Below, in pieces: positions 48,986 to 58,323 of a stretch of DNA of 64,000 nt. Source of the DNA: Nanobdellota archaeon (GTDB lineage: Archaea; Nanobdellota; Nanobdellia; Pacearchaeales; GW2011-AR1); contig JBBSYD010000032.1 of the NCBI GenBank assembly GCA_038045425.1, positions 36,417 to 100,416 of the forward strand, given 5' to 3'. The translations under genes and the position numbers were made by a program. The notes under the pieces are model-generated. The model was not told where the DNA came from. It did not search any database and saw nothing but the letters and a program-made list of their open reading frames with translations. Numbering within the stretch: the stretch's first letter is position 1; the number at the start of each line of letters is the position of its first letter.

Positions 48986-50287
48986 ATGATGACTAAGTTC
49001 AAAGCGTTGGGATTATCGGATGGAATGATTGAGGCTATTCGGGGAGCTCATTTTACAGAGCCGAGCGAGATACAGGAGAAAACTATTCCTCTTGTTCTTT
49101 CTGGGAAAGATGTTATTGGTAAATCTGCTACTGGCTCGGGGAAAACTCTTGCATTTGGTGCTGGAATTATTGAGAAAGTGCAGAGATATCATGGAATTCA
49201 GGCATTGATATTAACTCCTACTAGAGAATTGGCTGAGCAGATTACTCAAACATTAAAAAAGTTTTCAGGATATAAGGGATTGAATATTGATGAGGTTTAT
49301 GGAGGAGTTTCCATGGGTCCACAAATATCTAAGTTGAGATATGCTGAAATTGTTGTGGGAACGCCAGGAAGAATTCTAGACCATCTGGAAAGAAGAACGC
49401 TGAGATTGAATCAAGTGAAGTATTTAGTATTAGATGAAGCAGATAGAATGTTAGACATGGGATTCATAAAAGATGTTGAAAAAATTATTCAAATGTGCCC
49501 TGTTGAAAGACAGACTTTACTTTTTTCTGCAACTATTTCTGATGATATTGAGCATATCTCTAAAAAGTATATGATTAATCCGGTTAAGATAACTGTTGGA
49601 GACCAGGTCGATCCTGCTCAGTTATATCAAAAGTATTATGATGTTCCTCAGGAAATGAAGTTTTCTCTTCTTGCTTATTTATTGAGATTGGAAAGAAAGG
49701 GAGTAGTAATGGTATTTTGTAATACCAGAAGAAATGTAGACCATGTGACTAGAGCGTTATATCAGAATGGAATTAATGCCCTTGCAATTCACGGAGGATT
49801 AAGCCAAAATAGAAGAAATGAAACTATGGAAGCATTTCATTCTAGAAAAGCATTGATTCTTGTTTGTACTGATGTGGCTGCAAGAGGATTGGATATAAAA
49901 GATGTTTCACATGTTTATAATTTTGATTTGCCGAATAGTGGGACAGATTATATTCACAGAATAGGAAGAACTGCAAGAGCGGGAAAGAATGGAATTGCAA
50001 TAAGTTTTGTAGGAAGTGGAGAACATGGGGAATTTAGAAATATTTCAAGAGATAAGAATTTAGAAATTGAAAAAGTTATGGTTCCTGAAAATATTCATGT
50101 TCTTCCTCATGTGATAAGTGCACCTTCAAGAGGAACAATGGGAAGAGGAAGAAGGGGAGGAGGAAGACCAGTGAGAGGGCATTATGGGGGAAATAGAAAC
50201 TTCCAAAGTGAAGCACAAAAGTATGGACGAGCGAAGAAAAGAACGGATGGGCCGCATAGACGTAAGAAGAATAAGAGAAGATATTGA
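48986..50287 (+). CDS. DEAD-box ATP-dependent RNA helicase with C-terminal RG-rich tail (paralog of 30799..32208)
   Basis: Q motif, GKSATGSGKT, DEAD, SAT, HRIGRTAR. Strong overall similarity to the other DEAD-box gene. Confidence 0.85.
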   Translation: MMTKFKALGLSDGMIEAIRGAHFTEPSEIQEKTIPLVLSGKDVIGKSATGSGKTLAFGAGIIEKVQRYHGIQALILTPTRELAEQITQTLKKFSGYKGLNIDEVYGGVSMGPQISKLRYAEIVVGTPGRILDHLERRTLRLNQVKYLVLDEADRMLDMGFIKDVEKIIQMCPVERQTLLFSATISDDIEHISKKYMINPVKITVGDQVDPAQLYQKYYDVPQEMKFSLLAYLLRLERKGVVMVFCNTRRNVDHVTRALYQNGINALAIHGGLSQNRRNETMEAFHSRKALILVCTDVAARGLDIKDVSHVYNFDLPNSGTDYIHRIGRTARAGKNGIAISFVGSGEHGEFRNISRDKNLEIEKVMVPENIHVLPHVISAPSRGTMGRGRRGGGRPVRGHYGGNRNFQSEAQKYGRAKKRTDGPHRRKKNKRRY

Positions 50288-50291
50288 TTTG
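50236..50291. repeat. 56-bp direct repeat, copy 1 (3' end of the DEAD-box helicase gene plus 4 bp)
   Basis: gaaaagaacggatgggccgcatagacgtaagaagaataagagaagatattgatttg recurs at 53724..53779 with 2 mismatches. Confidence 0.8.
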
Positions 50292-50351
50292 ATGCTACTT
50301 AAGAATACAATCTACCAAAGGGAAATATTAATTTAATAAGGATTTCTAAAT

Positions 50352-50876
50352 TTAGGATTTTCGTGCTCGCTGAACATAAAGAGAATATATTTTATTCTCA
50401 ATTGTTGCAAGTTCCTCGACTCTTTTTAAAAATTCACCAGGATTACAATTAAATCCTACTCGAAGACAAGGAGGTTTTATATCAAATTGTGCCGCTTCAT
50501 CGTATAATCCCGCATTCATCTGCCTTGAATTATGCCAAGATAAAGGAATCGATGTTCTAAAACCGCTTCTGTGGGCGTTATCGATAATCTTCATTAATTT
50601 AGAATCCTTAGCAACCCCTAACAATTCATCAGGAAGAGGATTTAATATATCTGCAATTATTATTCCTTGATTCCCAACAAATGAAAAATAACTTCCTCCA
50701 GATAGTAGCTTGCCTCTCAATTTTAATTGATAATTATCAGATGTGGCCGCGCTTAAAAGAAGGGGTTTACATAATTTAGTGAATCTTTTTGTTCCATCAT
50801 ATACTTCTTGGTCTAAACTATCAAGTTTTTCTCTATCGATTAATGCTAGGAATTTTTGAGGGGTAATATTTCTCAT
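50352..50876 (-). CDS. hypothetical protein
   Basis: 174-aa ORF. Confidence 0.4.
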   Translation of the reverse strand: MRNITPQKFLALIDREKLDSLDQEVYDGTKRFTKLCKPLLLSAATSDNYQLKLRGKLLSGGSYFSFVGNQGIIIADILNPLPDELLGVAKDSKLMKIIDNAHRSGFRTSIPLSWHNSRQMNAGLYDEAAQFDIKPPCLRVGFNCNPGEFLKRVEELATIENKIYSLYVQRARKS

Positions 50877-50970
50877 TGTTTATTTTAAAATAGGGACTAT
50901 AAAAAGATATATGCATTTATATTCTAATTAGATAATTAGTAGTTCTTGTGTCCACATCGAAAGACTTGTG

Positions 50971-51032
50971 AAGCTCCCCACAGCAAGCTTTTGCCTGAGG
51001 GCAAATCCGTCTGCAGACGGAGTGGGGCATCA
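50971..51032. other. GC-rich multi-hairpin element; a second copy of the 14-nt core ccccacagcaagct lies at 51141..51154
   Basis: Outer stem cccca/tgggg. Inner hairpins ttgcc-tgag-ggcaa and ccgtc-tgca-gacgg. The second site also forms a cccca...tgggg stem-loop. Confidence 0.35.
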
Positions 51033-51175
51033 AAAGAATAAAACCTTGTTAGCTTATGCAACAACTTAACTTCATCATACATCAGATAATTATTTCTCTT
51101 AAATTATTTTATTTCTAAATTCTATCCCTGCTTTGCTTTATCCCCACAGCAAGCTATGGGGTATTACGGATAATA

Positions 51176-51541
51176 ATGTCATTACAAATCAAAAGCATTG
51201 AAGATTTAAAAGAAAGATTAAAAACAGATTCTGGAAAAGTTTTACTAAGAGCAATAAATGATGCTGAATTAGAATATTTATTAACGAGTGGTTCGGAAAA
51301 TTTCACTTTTAACAAAGGTACAAATTATGAGATAGGTTATGAGAATTTTATAGGAAATATGGTTGCTAGAGAGGTTAGAAGAAGAAGAAGTGGAACTATA
51401 ATATTAATCCCATTAACTGAATATTCTTCCCATTTTGAAGAAAGAACTTGGCCAGTTTGTAAAGAAACTTTTAGAGGCCAAGTAGAGGTGTTTAATTTAG
51501 AAGACAGAGGGGAAATAGAGCTTAAAGAGTATTTAGGTTAG
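51176..51541 (+). CDS. hypothetical protein
   Basis: 121-aa ORF. Confidence 0.4.
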   Translation: MSLQIKSIEDLKERLKTDSGKVLLRAINDAELEYLLTSGSENFTFNKGTNYEIGYENFIGNMVAREVRRRRSGTIILIPLTEYSSHFEERTWPVCKETFRGQVEVFNLEDRGEIELKEYLG

Positions 51542-51573
51542 GATGTATAGATGAAGTTCATAAAATGTAGATT

Positions 51574-51954
51574 TTATTTTTTAAGAATTTTATATTTAAC
51601 TCCAAAGGGTTTCTTACTATCTATCTGAAATAGGTTAAGCTGAGCGTCACATAATAATTTTCTAGGGTTATGGGAAAAATCTTCAAAAAAACCCATAGGT
51701 TCTTTTTTAACCCACTGCTCTATAATTCCATAATAAACTACCTCAAATTTCTTTCCAAATTTTTCATCAGGTAATCCATCCTTATCTTCATCAATAATTT
51801 CAAATAGTTCTACTTCGAAGAATTCAGAGTCAGTTGTTCCTCGGTCTTTTCCTATTAAATCAATATTTACTTTGTCTAGAAAATCTTTTGTTTTAGGCAA
51901 AACTCTAAAATTTACAGAATACCCTTTATATTTTATAATTTTTTCTTCATTCAT
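51574..51954 (-). CDS. hypothetical protein
   Basis: 126-aa ORF. Confidence 0.4.
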   Translation of the reverse strand: MNEEKIIKYKGYSVNFRVLPKTKDFLDKVNIDLIGKDRGTTDSEFFEVELFEIIDEDKDGLPDEKFGKKFEVVYYGIIEQWVKKEPMGFFEDFSHNPRKLLCDAQLNLFQIDSKKPFGVKYKILKK

Positions 51955-52357
51955 TAAATAAACAATAGTTATAGGTTAATATATTTACCTCTTAAATCAT
52001 AGAAAATATGAACTGACCTGTTCGTAAATATTCTATCATTTTTTTCTATTGGGCTGAATTTGGTCTGAGCGTTTAACACTTTTGACCAAAACAAAATCGT
52101 GATTTATTGTGGCGTTTATACAAGGTACTTAAATAGTTAAGAGTAGTTTAAGATCGTGAGAATCGACCTATATAATCACAAAGAAAGATATCTAAATTGG
52201 AAGAATAATGTTAAATCTATAGAGAATGCAACAAAATAAAATGGTGGAGTGACGTCCTAAAGTGATATAAAATAATAAAGACCTACCTTTTGAATTCTCT
52301 ACCTTGCGATGGAAGTTTAAGTTAAAAAGCCCAATTTATAATTGAGGTTGTTCTTAT

Positions 52358-52423
52358 AAAGTGCTACAAAAAATGTATCACTTAGAAAGTAAAGTGCTAC
52401 AAAAAATGTATCACTTAGAAAGG
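52358..52423. repeat. tandem duplication, 2 x 33 bp (aaagtgctacaaaaaatgtatcacttagaaagt)
   Basis: Two adjacent near-identical units immediately upstream of the likely ATG (52433) of the AAA+ gene. Confidence 0.75.
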
Positions 52424-52432
52424 TTTAAAAAC

Positions 52433-53719
52433 ATGAAAGATTACCCTAAAAATATGAAAAAAGAAGAATTAGACTTTGTCTTATTTGAGCAACAGAAAGA
52501 TTTTGAGGAAGAAGAACCACTTGTAGAAAGAGAACTCACGAAAAAAGCATTGGAATTAATCAATTTGAAACTACCTATAATTGTAACTGGAGTAAGAAGA
52601 TGTGGTAAGTCTTCCTTATTGAAGATAATTAAGAATAAATTATCTCTGAAAAATAAGGAATATTTATATATAAATTTTAACGATGAACGATTTATAGGAT
52701 TTTCTACAGAAAACTTTCAGATAATAACTGACTTTATAGTTGAACAAAAATATAAAGAAAAGTGTTTTCTATTCTTAGATGAGATTCAAGAAGTATCTGG
52801 ATGGGAAAAGTGGATTGACCGAATAAAATCAAAATATCCTATTTTTATTACTGGTTCAAATTCTAGATTATTGAGTAAAGAAATATCTACTATTTTGACT
52901 GGTAGATCGCTAAGCATTGGTCTTACTCCATTTAATTTTACGGAGTTCTTATTATCGAAAAATTTTAACCTAAAAGATTGGAAAATTGATAAGCAAAAGC
53001 AAATTTCTATTCTAACAGAATTTAAAGAGTACTTTGAGATTGGAGGATTCCCAAAAAGAATTTTATCTGGACAAAATATAATCTTGAAAGAGTTATATGA
53101 CCAAATTATTTATAGAGATATTATAAATCGATTTCCAAAAAGCAATGCTAAATCTATAAAAGAAATTTCAGTATACTTATTGTCAAATCCTTCTTCTTTG
53201 ATAAGTGTAAGAAATATGTCTAAAATAACAGGCGTAAAGAACCTCTTAACAGCGAAAGCAATTATAGATTCTTTTGAGAATGCATTTTTATTCTTCTTTA
53301 TCAATAAATTTGATTATTCGGTAAAAAAACAAACACAAAATCCTCGAAAAGCTTACTGTGTTGATAATGGATTTATCGCCTCGCTAGGATTTAGAATGTC
53401 TGATGATAAAGGTAAACTTCTTGAAAATTTAGTAGCTATAGAACTTAAAAGAAGAGAGAAAGAGATATTTTACTATTCAGATAAAAATGAATGTGACTTC
53501 TTAATACGAGAAAATAATAAGATAACTCAAGCAATTCAGGTTTGTTATGATGTAAACGAACAAAACAAAGAAAGAGAATTTAAAGGGTTGGTTGATGCAA
53601 TGAACAAATTTGATTTAAAAGAAGGAATAATTCTAACATACACTCAACAAGAAGAATTAGACTTTGAAGGTAAAAAAATTAAAATGATTCCTGTCTGGAA
53701 GTGGTTACTTATAAAATGA
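52433..53719 (+). CDS. AAA+ superfamily ATPase with C-terminal DUF4143-type domain
   Basis: GVRRCGKSSL (Walker A) and LFLDEIQEV (Walker B), with the usual archaeal ATPase/DUF4143 architecture. Confidence 0.65.
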   Translation: MKDYPKNMKKEELDFVLFEQQKDFEEEEPLVERELTKKALELINLKLPIIVTGVRRCGKSSLLKIIKNKLSLKNKEYLYINFNDERFIGFSTENFQIITDFIVEQKYKEKCFLFLDEIQEVSGWEKWIDRIKSKYPIFITGSNSRLLSKEISTILTGRSLSIGLTPFNFTEFLLSKNFNLKDWKIDKQKQISILTEFKEYFEIGGFPKRILSGQNIILKELYDQIIYRDIINRFPKSNAKSIKEISVYLLSNPSSLISVRNMSKITGVKNLLTAKAIIDSFENAFLFFFINKFDYSVKKQTQNPRKAYCVDNGFIASLGFRMSDDKGKLLENLVAIELKRREKEIFYYSDKNECDFLIRENNKITQAIQVCYDVNEQNKEREFKGLVDAMNKFDLKEGIILTYTQQEELDFEGKKIKMIPVWKWLLIK

Positions 53720-53723
53720 CTAG

Positions 53724-53779
53724 GAAAAGAACGGATGGACCACATAGACGTAAGAAGAATAAGAGAAGATATTGATTTG
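53724..53779. repeat. 56-bp direct repeat, copy 2
   Basis: 54 of 56 identical to 50236..50291. Would encode MTRKRTDGPHRRKKNKRRY if translated. Confidence 0.8.
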
Positions 53780-53979
53780 TTCTTGGTCTGAGCGTTTTCT
53801 TATTTCACGATGACAAAGTTTTTTAGAATTCGGGCGTTGAACTTTCAAGTATCTTAATTCTAACTTTAACAATCGTTCCAGGTTTAAGACTTTTTTCTAT
53901 TAACTTGGATATGACTATAATTGCCTGATTTCCGTGTTTCGCTATTTTCTTAATTAAATTGAATTGTTTATTATTCATT

Positions 53980-54951
53980 TTATGTATTTCCAATTACTTG
54001 TAAAATTATATCTCTTTCTCTTGGTCCACTAGTCTCTATGACAAATACGCTCTGATATTTTCCTAGTTGAAGAAATCCGTTAACTATTGGAATTGCTTGC
54101 GAAGATTCTGAAAATAGACAAATAATGTGCCCTCTTGCATTTTTTGGTTCATCTTTTGGACATTCTGGCCTCAATTCAATATGATCATGTAAGTAATCTT
54201 CTTTATAATTTGCTAATATATCGGCAAACTCGGTAAAATCTTTAATGAGAAGAGGTTCAAATTCATTAATTTTGATTGCTAGAGTGGTATGTTTACTAAA
54301 GATGTTAATCACTCCATTGTTAACTCTATGACTTTCTAAAAAAGAGGCTACTTCTCTAGTTATGTCAATTAATTCAAATTCTTTTTGAGTTTTTATTTTT
54401 AAGATTGTTGAAAATATTCTAAACTCTTCTTTCTTATTATTCTGATCTAAATATTTTTGTAATATTATTTTAAACCAATAGGTGTACTCTTCAGGAGATT
54501 GAGAGATATCTTTTTCAACCTCATCTAAGGAAATCCATTTGTAATCCTCTGCTTCTATTGGATTTAATGAAGGATTACAGTCTGAATATCCGATAAATAC
54601 ATGATCAATCTCATTTTCAGTTAAGCCGTTAGAAAAGTTATGATAATATCTAAAATTAAATATCTCATTTAATTTACAATTTAATCCCATTTCTTCAAAT
54701 AATCTCTTTTCAGCGGCCTCTTTTAAGACTTGTTCTTGTTTGGGATGTCCGCAACAAGCATTAGTCCATAAAGATCCAGAATGATACTTACTTCTATTTC
54801 TCTTTTGTAAGAGCATTTCATTTTTTAAATTGAAAATTAATACAGAGAATGCTCTATGAAGCAGACCATTTTTGTGAACCTTCATCTTTTGCTCATATCC
54901 AATTACTTCGTCTAAGTCGTTAACTAAGACTATTTCATTTTCCCCAGACAT
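53980..54951 (-). CDS. idi: fusion of isopentenyl-diphosphate delta-isomerase type 1 (Nudix) and a YjbQ/UPF0047 domain
   Basis: N-terminal half: HRAFSVLIFN...LLQKRNRSKYHSGSLWTNACCGHP, where WTNxCCxHP is the IDI-1 signature. C-terminal 150 aa: HTTLAIKINEFEPL...HIELRPE...NARGHI...IPIVNGFLQLGKYQSVFVIE follows the YjbQ pattern. Confidence 0.65.
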   Translation of the reverse strand: MSGENEIVLVNDLDEVIGYEQKMKVHKNGLLHRAFSVLIFNLKNEMLLQKRNRSKYHSGSLWTNACCGHPKQEQVLKEAAEKRLFEEMGLNCKLNEIFNFRYYHNFSNGLTENEIDHVFIGYSDCNPSLNPIEAEDYKWISLDEVEKDISQSPEEYTYWFKIILQKYLDQNNKKEEFRIFSTILKIKTQKEFELIDITREVASFLESHRVNNGVINIFSKHTTLAIKINEFEPLLIKDFTEFADILANYKEDYLHDHIELRPECPKDEPKNARGHIICLFSESSQAIPIVNGFLQLGKYQSVFVIETSGPRERDIILQVIGNT

Positions 54952-56011
54952 ATCCGTATTCCTCCCTTAGGTTTACATAAAATTTATTACTATTGAAAAA
55001 TGTCTTTATCATAAACTCCAGTATTGCTCTCTCTGCGCTTGGTCGTATGTTAGATAATAGTTTAATCATCTTATTTCTAAGAAAATTAGAATTTTGTCTT
55101 GCACTATCAAAGCATCTATTCTTGATCATTACTCCCAAGAGCATTTCTTTTTCTTCATTTGAAATCTTCCTATTAGTATATTTTTCTAATGCTATAAATC
55201 TAGAAAGTTCTAGTATTGGAAGTGTTATTGTCCCTTTCTCCAAGTCTCTAAATTGGTCCTTGTAATCTTTGTCCGGATGTTTGGCTATTTCTTTATTCAA
55301 GCAAAAGTCTCCAGCATCATTTATTATTTGTGCACCAGTACCAAAATTCTCGCCTATCTCTCTAAATAATTTAACTTCTTCAACTCCTGCTTCCGCCATT
55401 ATGGCACCCATTGCAAAAGAAGATCCGTAAAACTTACCAGTAATAAGAAGAGTTCTTCTGAAATAATTTTCTATTGCTTTCTGCTTACCATTAATTATAT
55501 CATTATTTTCTATGTTCAATTCATTCAATTCGAAAGCCTGACCTATCTGAATGGCCATATTTGAATCACTAATTTCCTTTAATAGACTTAATTTGATATT
55601 TTCACTAAAGTTTGTTTCAATTATAAGTCTATGAGCTATTTCTCTGGCTACGTGACTAGCTATATGACAAAGTTTTGCTTGCTTTTCGTTTTCAACTTCT
55701 TTCTTATTGTCTAAATGCCAATTTTGATAATAAGAAGCAATATTATAGAACTCTCCTGCAGCGATTGCTTTAAGATGATCTAAAGATATCTCTTTTGTTC
55801 CGCATATTTTAAGAATTGTCAGCACAACTATGTCTCTAAGTCTTCCCCCATTTTGAGCTCTTTTTCTTCTAGCCCCATATAGTTTTTGCATAAACTCTAC
55901 TGTTTCATTGTCTAGTTCTCCGAATATCGGATTTATCGCTAAATCCATTACTTGAGATACTCTCTTTGTAATATCAAGCTTTTCTTCTTCGTATTTTTTT
56001 CTTTGTTCCAT
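54935..56011 (-). CDS. polyprenyl synthetase (trans-isoprenyl diphosphate synthase)-like protein, divergent
   Basis: Helical fold with a second Asp-rich region IINDAGDF. The first DDxxD is degenerate. Start set at MEQRKK (56011) to avoid overlap with the tRNA. Confidence 0.45.
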   Translation of the reverse strand: MEQRKKYEEEKLDITKRVSQVMDLAINPIFGELDNETVEFMQKLYGARRKRAQNGGRLRDIVVLTILKICGTKEISLDHLKAIAAGEFYNIASYYQNWHLDNKKEVENEKQAKLCHIASHVAREIAHRLIIETNFSENIKLSLLKEISDSNMAIQIGQAFELNELNIENNDIINGKQKAIENYFRRTLLITGKFYGSSFAMGAIMAEAGVEEVKLFREIGENFGTGAQIINDAGDFCLNKEIAKHPDKDYKDQFRDLEKGTITLPILELSRFIALEKYTNRKISNEEKEMLLGVMIKNRCFDSARQNSNFLRNKMIKLLSNIRPSAERAILEFMIKTFFNSNKFYVNLREEYGYVWGK

Positions 56012-56023
56012 TTTGATTATTGG

Positions 56024-56096
56024 TAGCAGGTGTTGGAATTGAACCAAACATTTCCAGGATGTAATCCTGGCGGGCTAACCATTACCCCAACCTGCC
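56024..56096 (-). tRNA. tRNA, predicted Val (anticodon TAC), with encoded CCA at 56021..56023
   Basis: Reverse complement reads ggcaggt-tg-gggt-aatggtta-gccc-g-ccagg-attacat-cctgg-aaatg-tttgg-ttcaatt-ccaac-acctgct-a-cca. This gives G1-U72 wobble and one T-stem mismatch. Confidence 0.55.
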
Positions 56097-56196
56097 TATT
56101 TTGATACTATTATATAGTGATAATTATATATAATATGTTTGATTGATATTTGTTATAAAACGCAAGATTTATAAGTATTATTGCTTATAATTCTGT

Positions 56197-57141
56197 ATGC
56201 TAGACTTAAAAGATAAGAAACTGCTATACGAACTAGGGTTAAATGCTAGAATGACTAATAAGGCCCTTGCGAAGAAGATAGCCCTTAGTGAATCTTCTAC
56301 ATTAGGCAGAATAAATAATCTTATCAGACAAGAAATCCTTCTCGGAACACAAACTATAATTGATAACTCTAAACTAGGGTATGAGGGATATAGGATTTAT
56401 TTCAAGTTTTCTTCAACAACTACTCAAGAGGAAGCTAAAATTTTCAATTGGCTGAAGATAAATAAAACTGTATCAGTACTGGCAAAATGTTCTGGTGCAA
56501 TTGATGGAGCTATAATATGCTGGACAAAAGAGAAGGGGGAATTTGAAGAGTTTGTTAATAATTTCAAAGGACATTTTAGGTCTAACTTGGAAGATTTAGA
56601 TATTTCAGTATATTGCGGAACATATCATTTCAGTAGAGATTACCTTTTAGACAGTAAGGCAAAGACTAGAGAAATAATTAAGATTGGTAACAATGGGGTT
56701 GCTAAATATGATGAATTAGATGAAAAAATATTAAGATCCATTTTTGCAGATGCCAGAAAGAGTGTTTTGGAAATCTCTGAAGAGTTAAAACAACCTCCAA
56801 GAACTGTAGCTTTTAGAATAAAACAATTGGAAAAGAAGAAAGTAATTGCAGGATACACTATAAATCTCAATGCTGAAGGAATAGGTTATGAATATTACAA
56901 GCTAAATATTGTTCTTAGTAAAAATATAATTAATAGTGATCTATTAGAATTTGCCATTCATCATAAGAATACAATTTATCTAGACAAAACAATTGGAAAG
57001 TATGATCTAGAGTTAAATGTAGAATTAAAAAGTAAATTAGAACTAAATAATCTAATAAATGAGATAAAGGATAAATTTGGTGGAGTTAAGGAAATGTCTT
57101 GGTTTCAAGTCGAACGATATTTGAAAATAAACTATCTATAA
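56197..57141 (+). CDS. Lrp/AsnC-type regulator with two tandem HTH_AsnC modules
   Basis: Two HTH_AsnC-like segments (KKLLYELGLNARMTNKALAKKIALSESST and DEKILRSIFADARKSVLEISEELKQPPRTVAFRIKQLEKK), each followed by a RAM-like region. Confidence 0.55.
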   Translation: MLDLKDKKLLYELGLNARMTNKALAKKIALSESSTLGRINNLIRQEILLGTQTIIDNSKLGYEGYRIYFKFSSTTTQEEAKIFNWLKINKTVSVLAKCSGAIDGAIICWTKEKGEFEEFVNNFKGHFRSNLEDLDISVYCGTYHFSRDYLLDSKAKTREIIKIGNNGVAKYDELDEKILRSIFADARKSVLEISEELKQPPRTVAFRIKQLEKKKVIAGYTINLNAEGIGYEYYKLNIVLSKNIINSDLLEFAIHHKNTIYLDKTIGKYDLELNVELKSKLELNNLINEIKDKFGGVKEMSWFQVERYLKINYL

Positions 57142-57260
57142 CTAAAAACCAATCTCCTTAAACTATACAAATCCCTCAAAAACACGCTATTTTTCACCCC
57201 TAACTGTATCACTTTTGATATGTTCTTGGTTCGGGCATTTAAACCTAAACCATTTTTAAT

Positions 57261-57794
57261 TTACATCAACTCTTTCTTTAGAACTTTATGTGCGGCATTT
57301 ATCCTTTGAAAACATTCGTGATCGCCATTGGGCATGTCGGGATGATATTTCTTGGCTAGGAGTTTGTAATTCTTGGTGATTACTTCGAAGTCCATTTCAT
57401 CTGGCTTGACACAAAGAGTTACTCTTGCTTCTTTTCTTTGTTCATGGAGATCATCATCTTCGGTGAATTCGCGTACAAAATCGTCTGTAAGTATTTCTTT
57501 AGAAATAAGTCGTTCAACTTCAATTCTTAGAACTTTTTCAATTATTGAAAGGTTTTCAACAAATTTAGACCTGAGTCCATAGCTATATTTTAGATTTCTG
57601 CCTTCGAAATACCAAGAGACTGTAGCAGGATGCTTTTTTTGTGCAACTATTTGCCTAGGAATATCTATGCTATGCCTTTCAACTCCCAATTTTTTTAATA
57701 TTCCTACAATGCTATTCTCAATCTGAGTAGCTCGTCTATTGAATGAATCTCTTATAGTTGGGGGCGCAATTTCATGACCTTTAATCAATACCAT
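57261..57794 (-). CDS. J-domain protein (C-terminal J domain, no zinc-finger or G/F region)
   Basis: DFEVITKNYKLLAKKYHPDMPNGDHECFQRINAAHKVL contains the HPD motif. Confidence 0.6.
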   Translation of the reverse strand: MVLIKGHEIAPPTIRDSFNRRATQIENSIVGILKKLGVERHSIDIPRQIVAQKKHPATVSWYFEGRNLKYSYGLRSKFVENLSIIEKVLRIEVERLISKEILTDDFVREFTEDDDLHEQRKEARVTLCVKPDEMDFEVITKNYKLLAKKYHPDMPNGDHECFQRINAAHKVLKKELM

Positions 57795-57897
57795 ATTAAG
57801 GTAAGTAAAAAAGTCATTTATAAAGCTAAGTCTTGGTAAAAAATGATTTGAATTATCAATGCAATTGTTTATAAGGCATCTTTTAAAAACAATTATT

Positions 57898-58323
57898 ATG
57901 GAAGAAGTAAAAAAAATTACTGAACAAGAATATATTGAACAATTGCAGAGATTGCAAGCAGAATTTGAGAATTTTAGAAAGAGAACTGAATCAGAAAAAA
58001 GAGAATCTTCAAATAATTCAAATGCAAATTTGATACTACAATTATTGGAAGTCCTTGATAATTTTGACCTTGCAGTTAAGCATTCTGCTGACCCTGGAGT
58101 AAAATTAGTGTATGCACAATTTTACAAGATATTAGAAAGACAGGGAGTGAAGCCAGTTGTTGCAGTAGGGAAGTTTAATCCTAAATTCCATGAAGCAATA
58201 ATCAAGGAAGAAGGAGATACCTATGGAACTATTCTACAAGAAATAAAGAAAGGATATATGCTAAATGATAAGCTTATAAGAGCTTCAAAGGTGAAGATTA
58301 CAGTATTAAAGGAGAACAAATAA
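57898..58323 (+). CDS. grpE: GrpE nucleotide exchange factor
   Basis: LQAEFENFRKRTESEK plus a C-terminal beta domain. Its stop overlaps the dnaK start. Confidence 0.8.
   Translation: MEEVKKITEQEYIEQLQRLQAEFENFRKRTESEKRESSNNSNANLILQLLEVLDNFDLAVKHSADPGVKLVYAQFYKILERQGVKPVVAVGKFNPKFHEAIIKEEGDTYGTILQEIKKGYMLNDKLIRASKVKITVLKENK

Noticed and set aside
52358-52423. Tandem repeat checked as a possible CRISPR array
   Set aside because: There are only two units, no unique spacers (units are adjacent) and no cas genes. It is a simple tandem duplication in a promoter region.
54935-56047. Longer N-terminal extension of the polyprenyl-synthase-like ORF (start at 56047)
   Set aside because: The extension would overlap the minus-strand tRNA at 56024..56096. 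The internal Met at 56011 was used instead.
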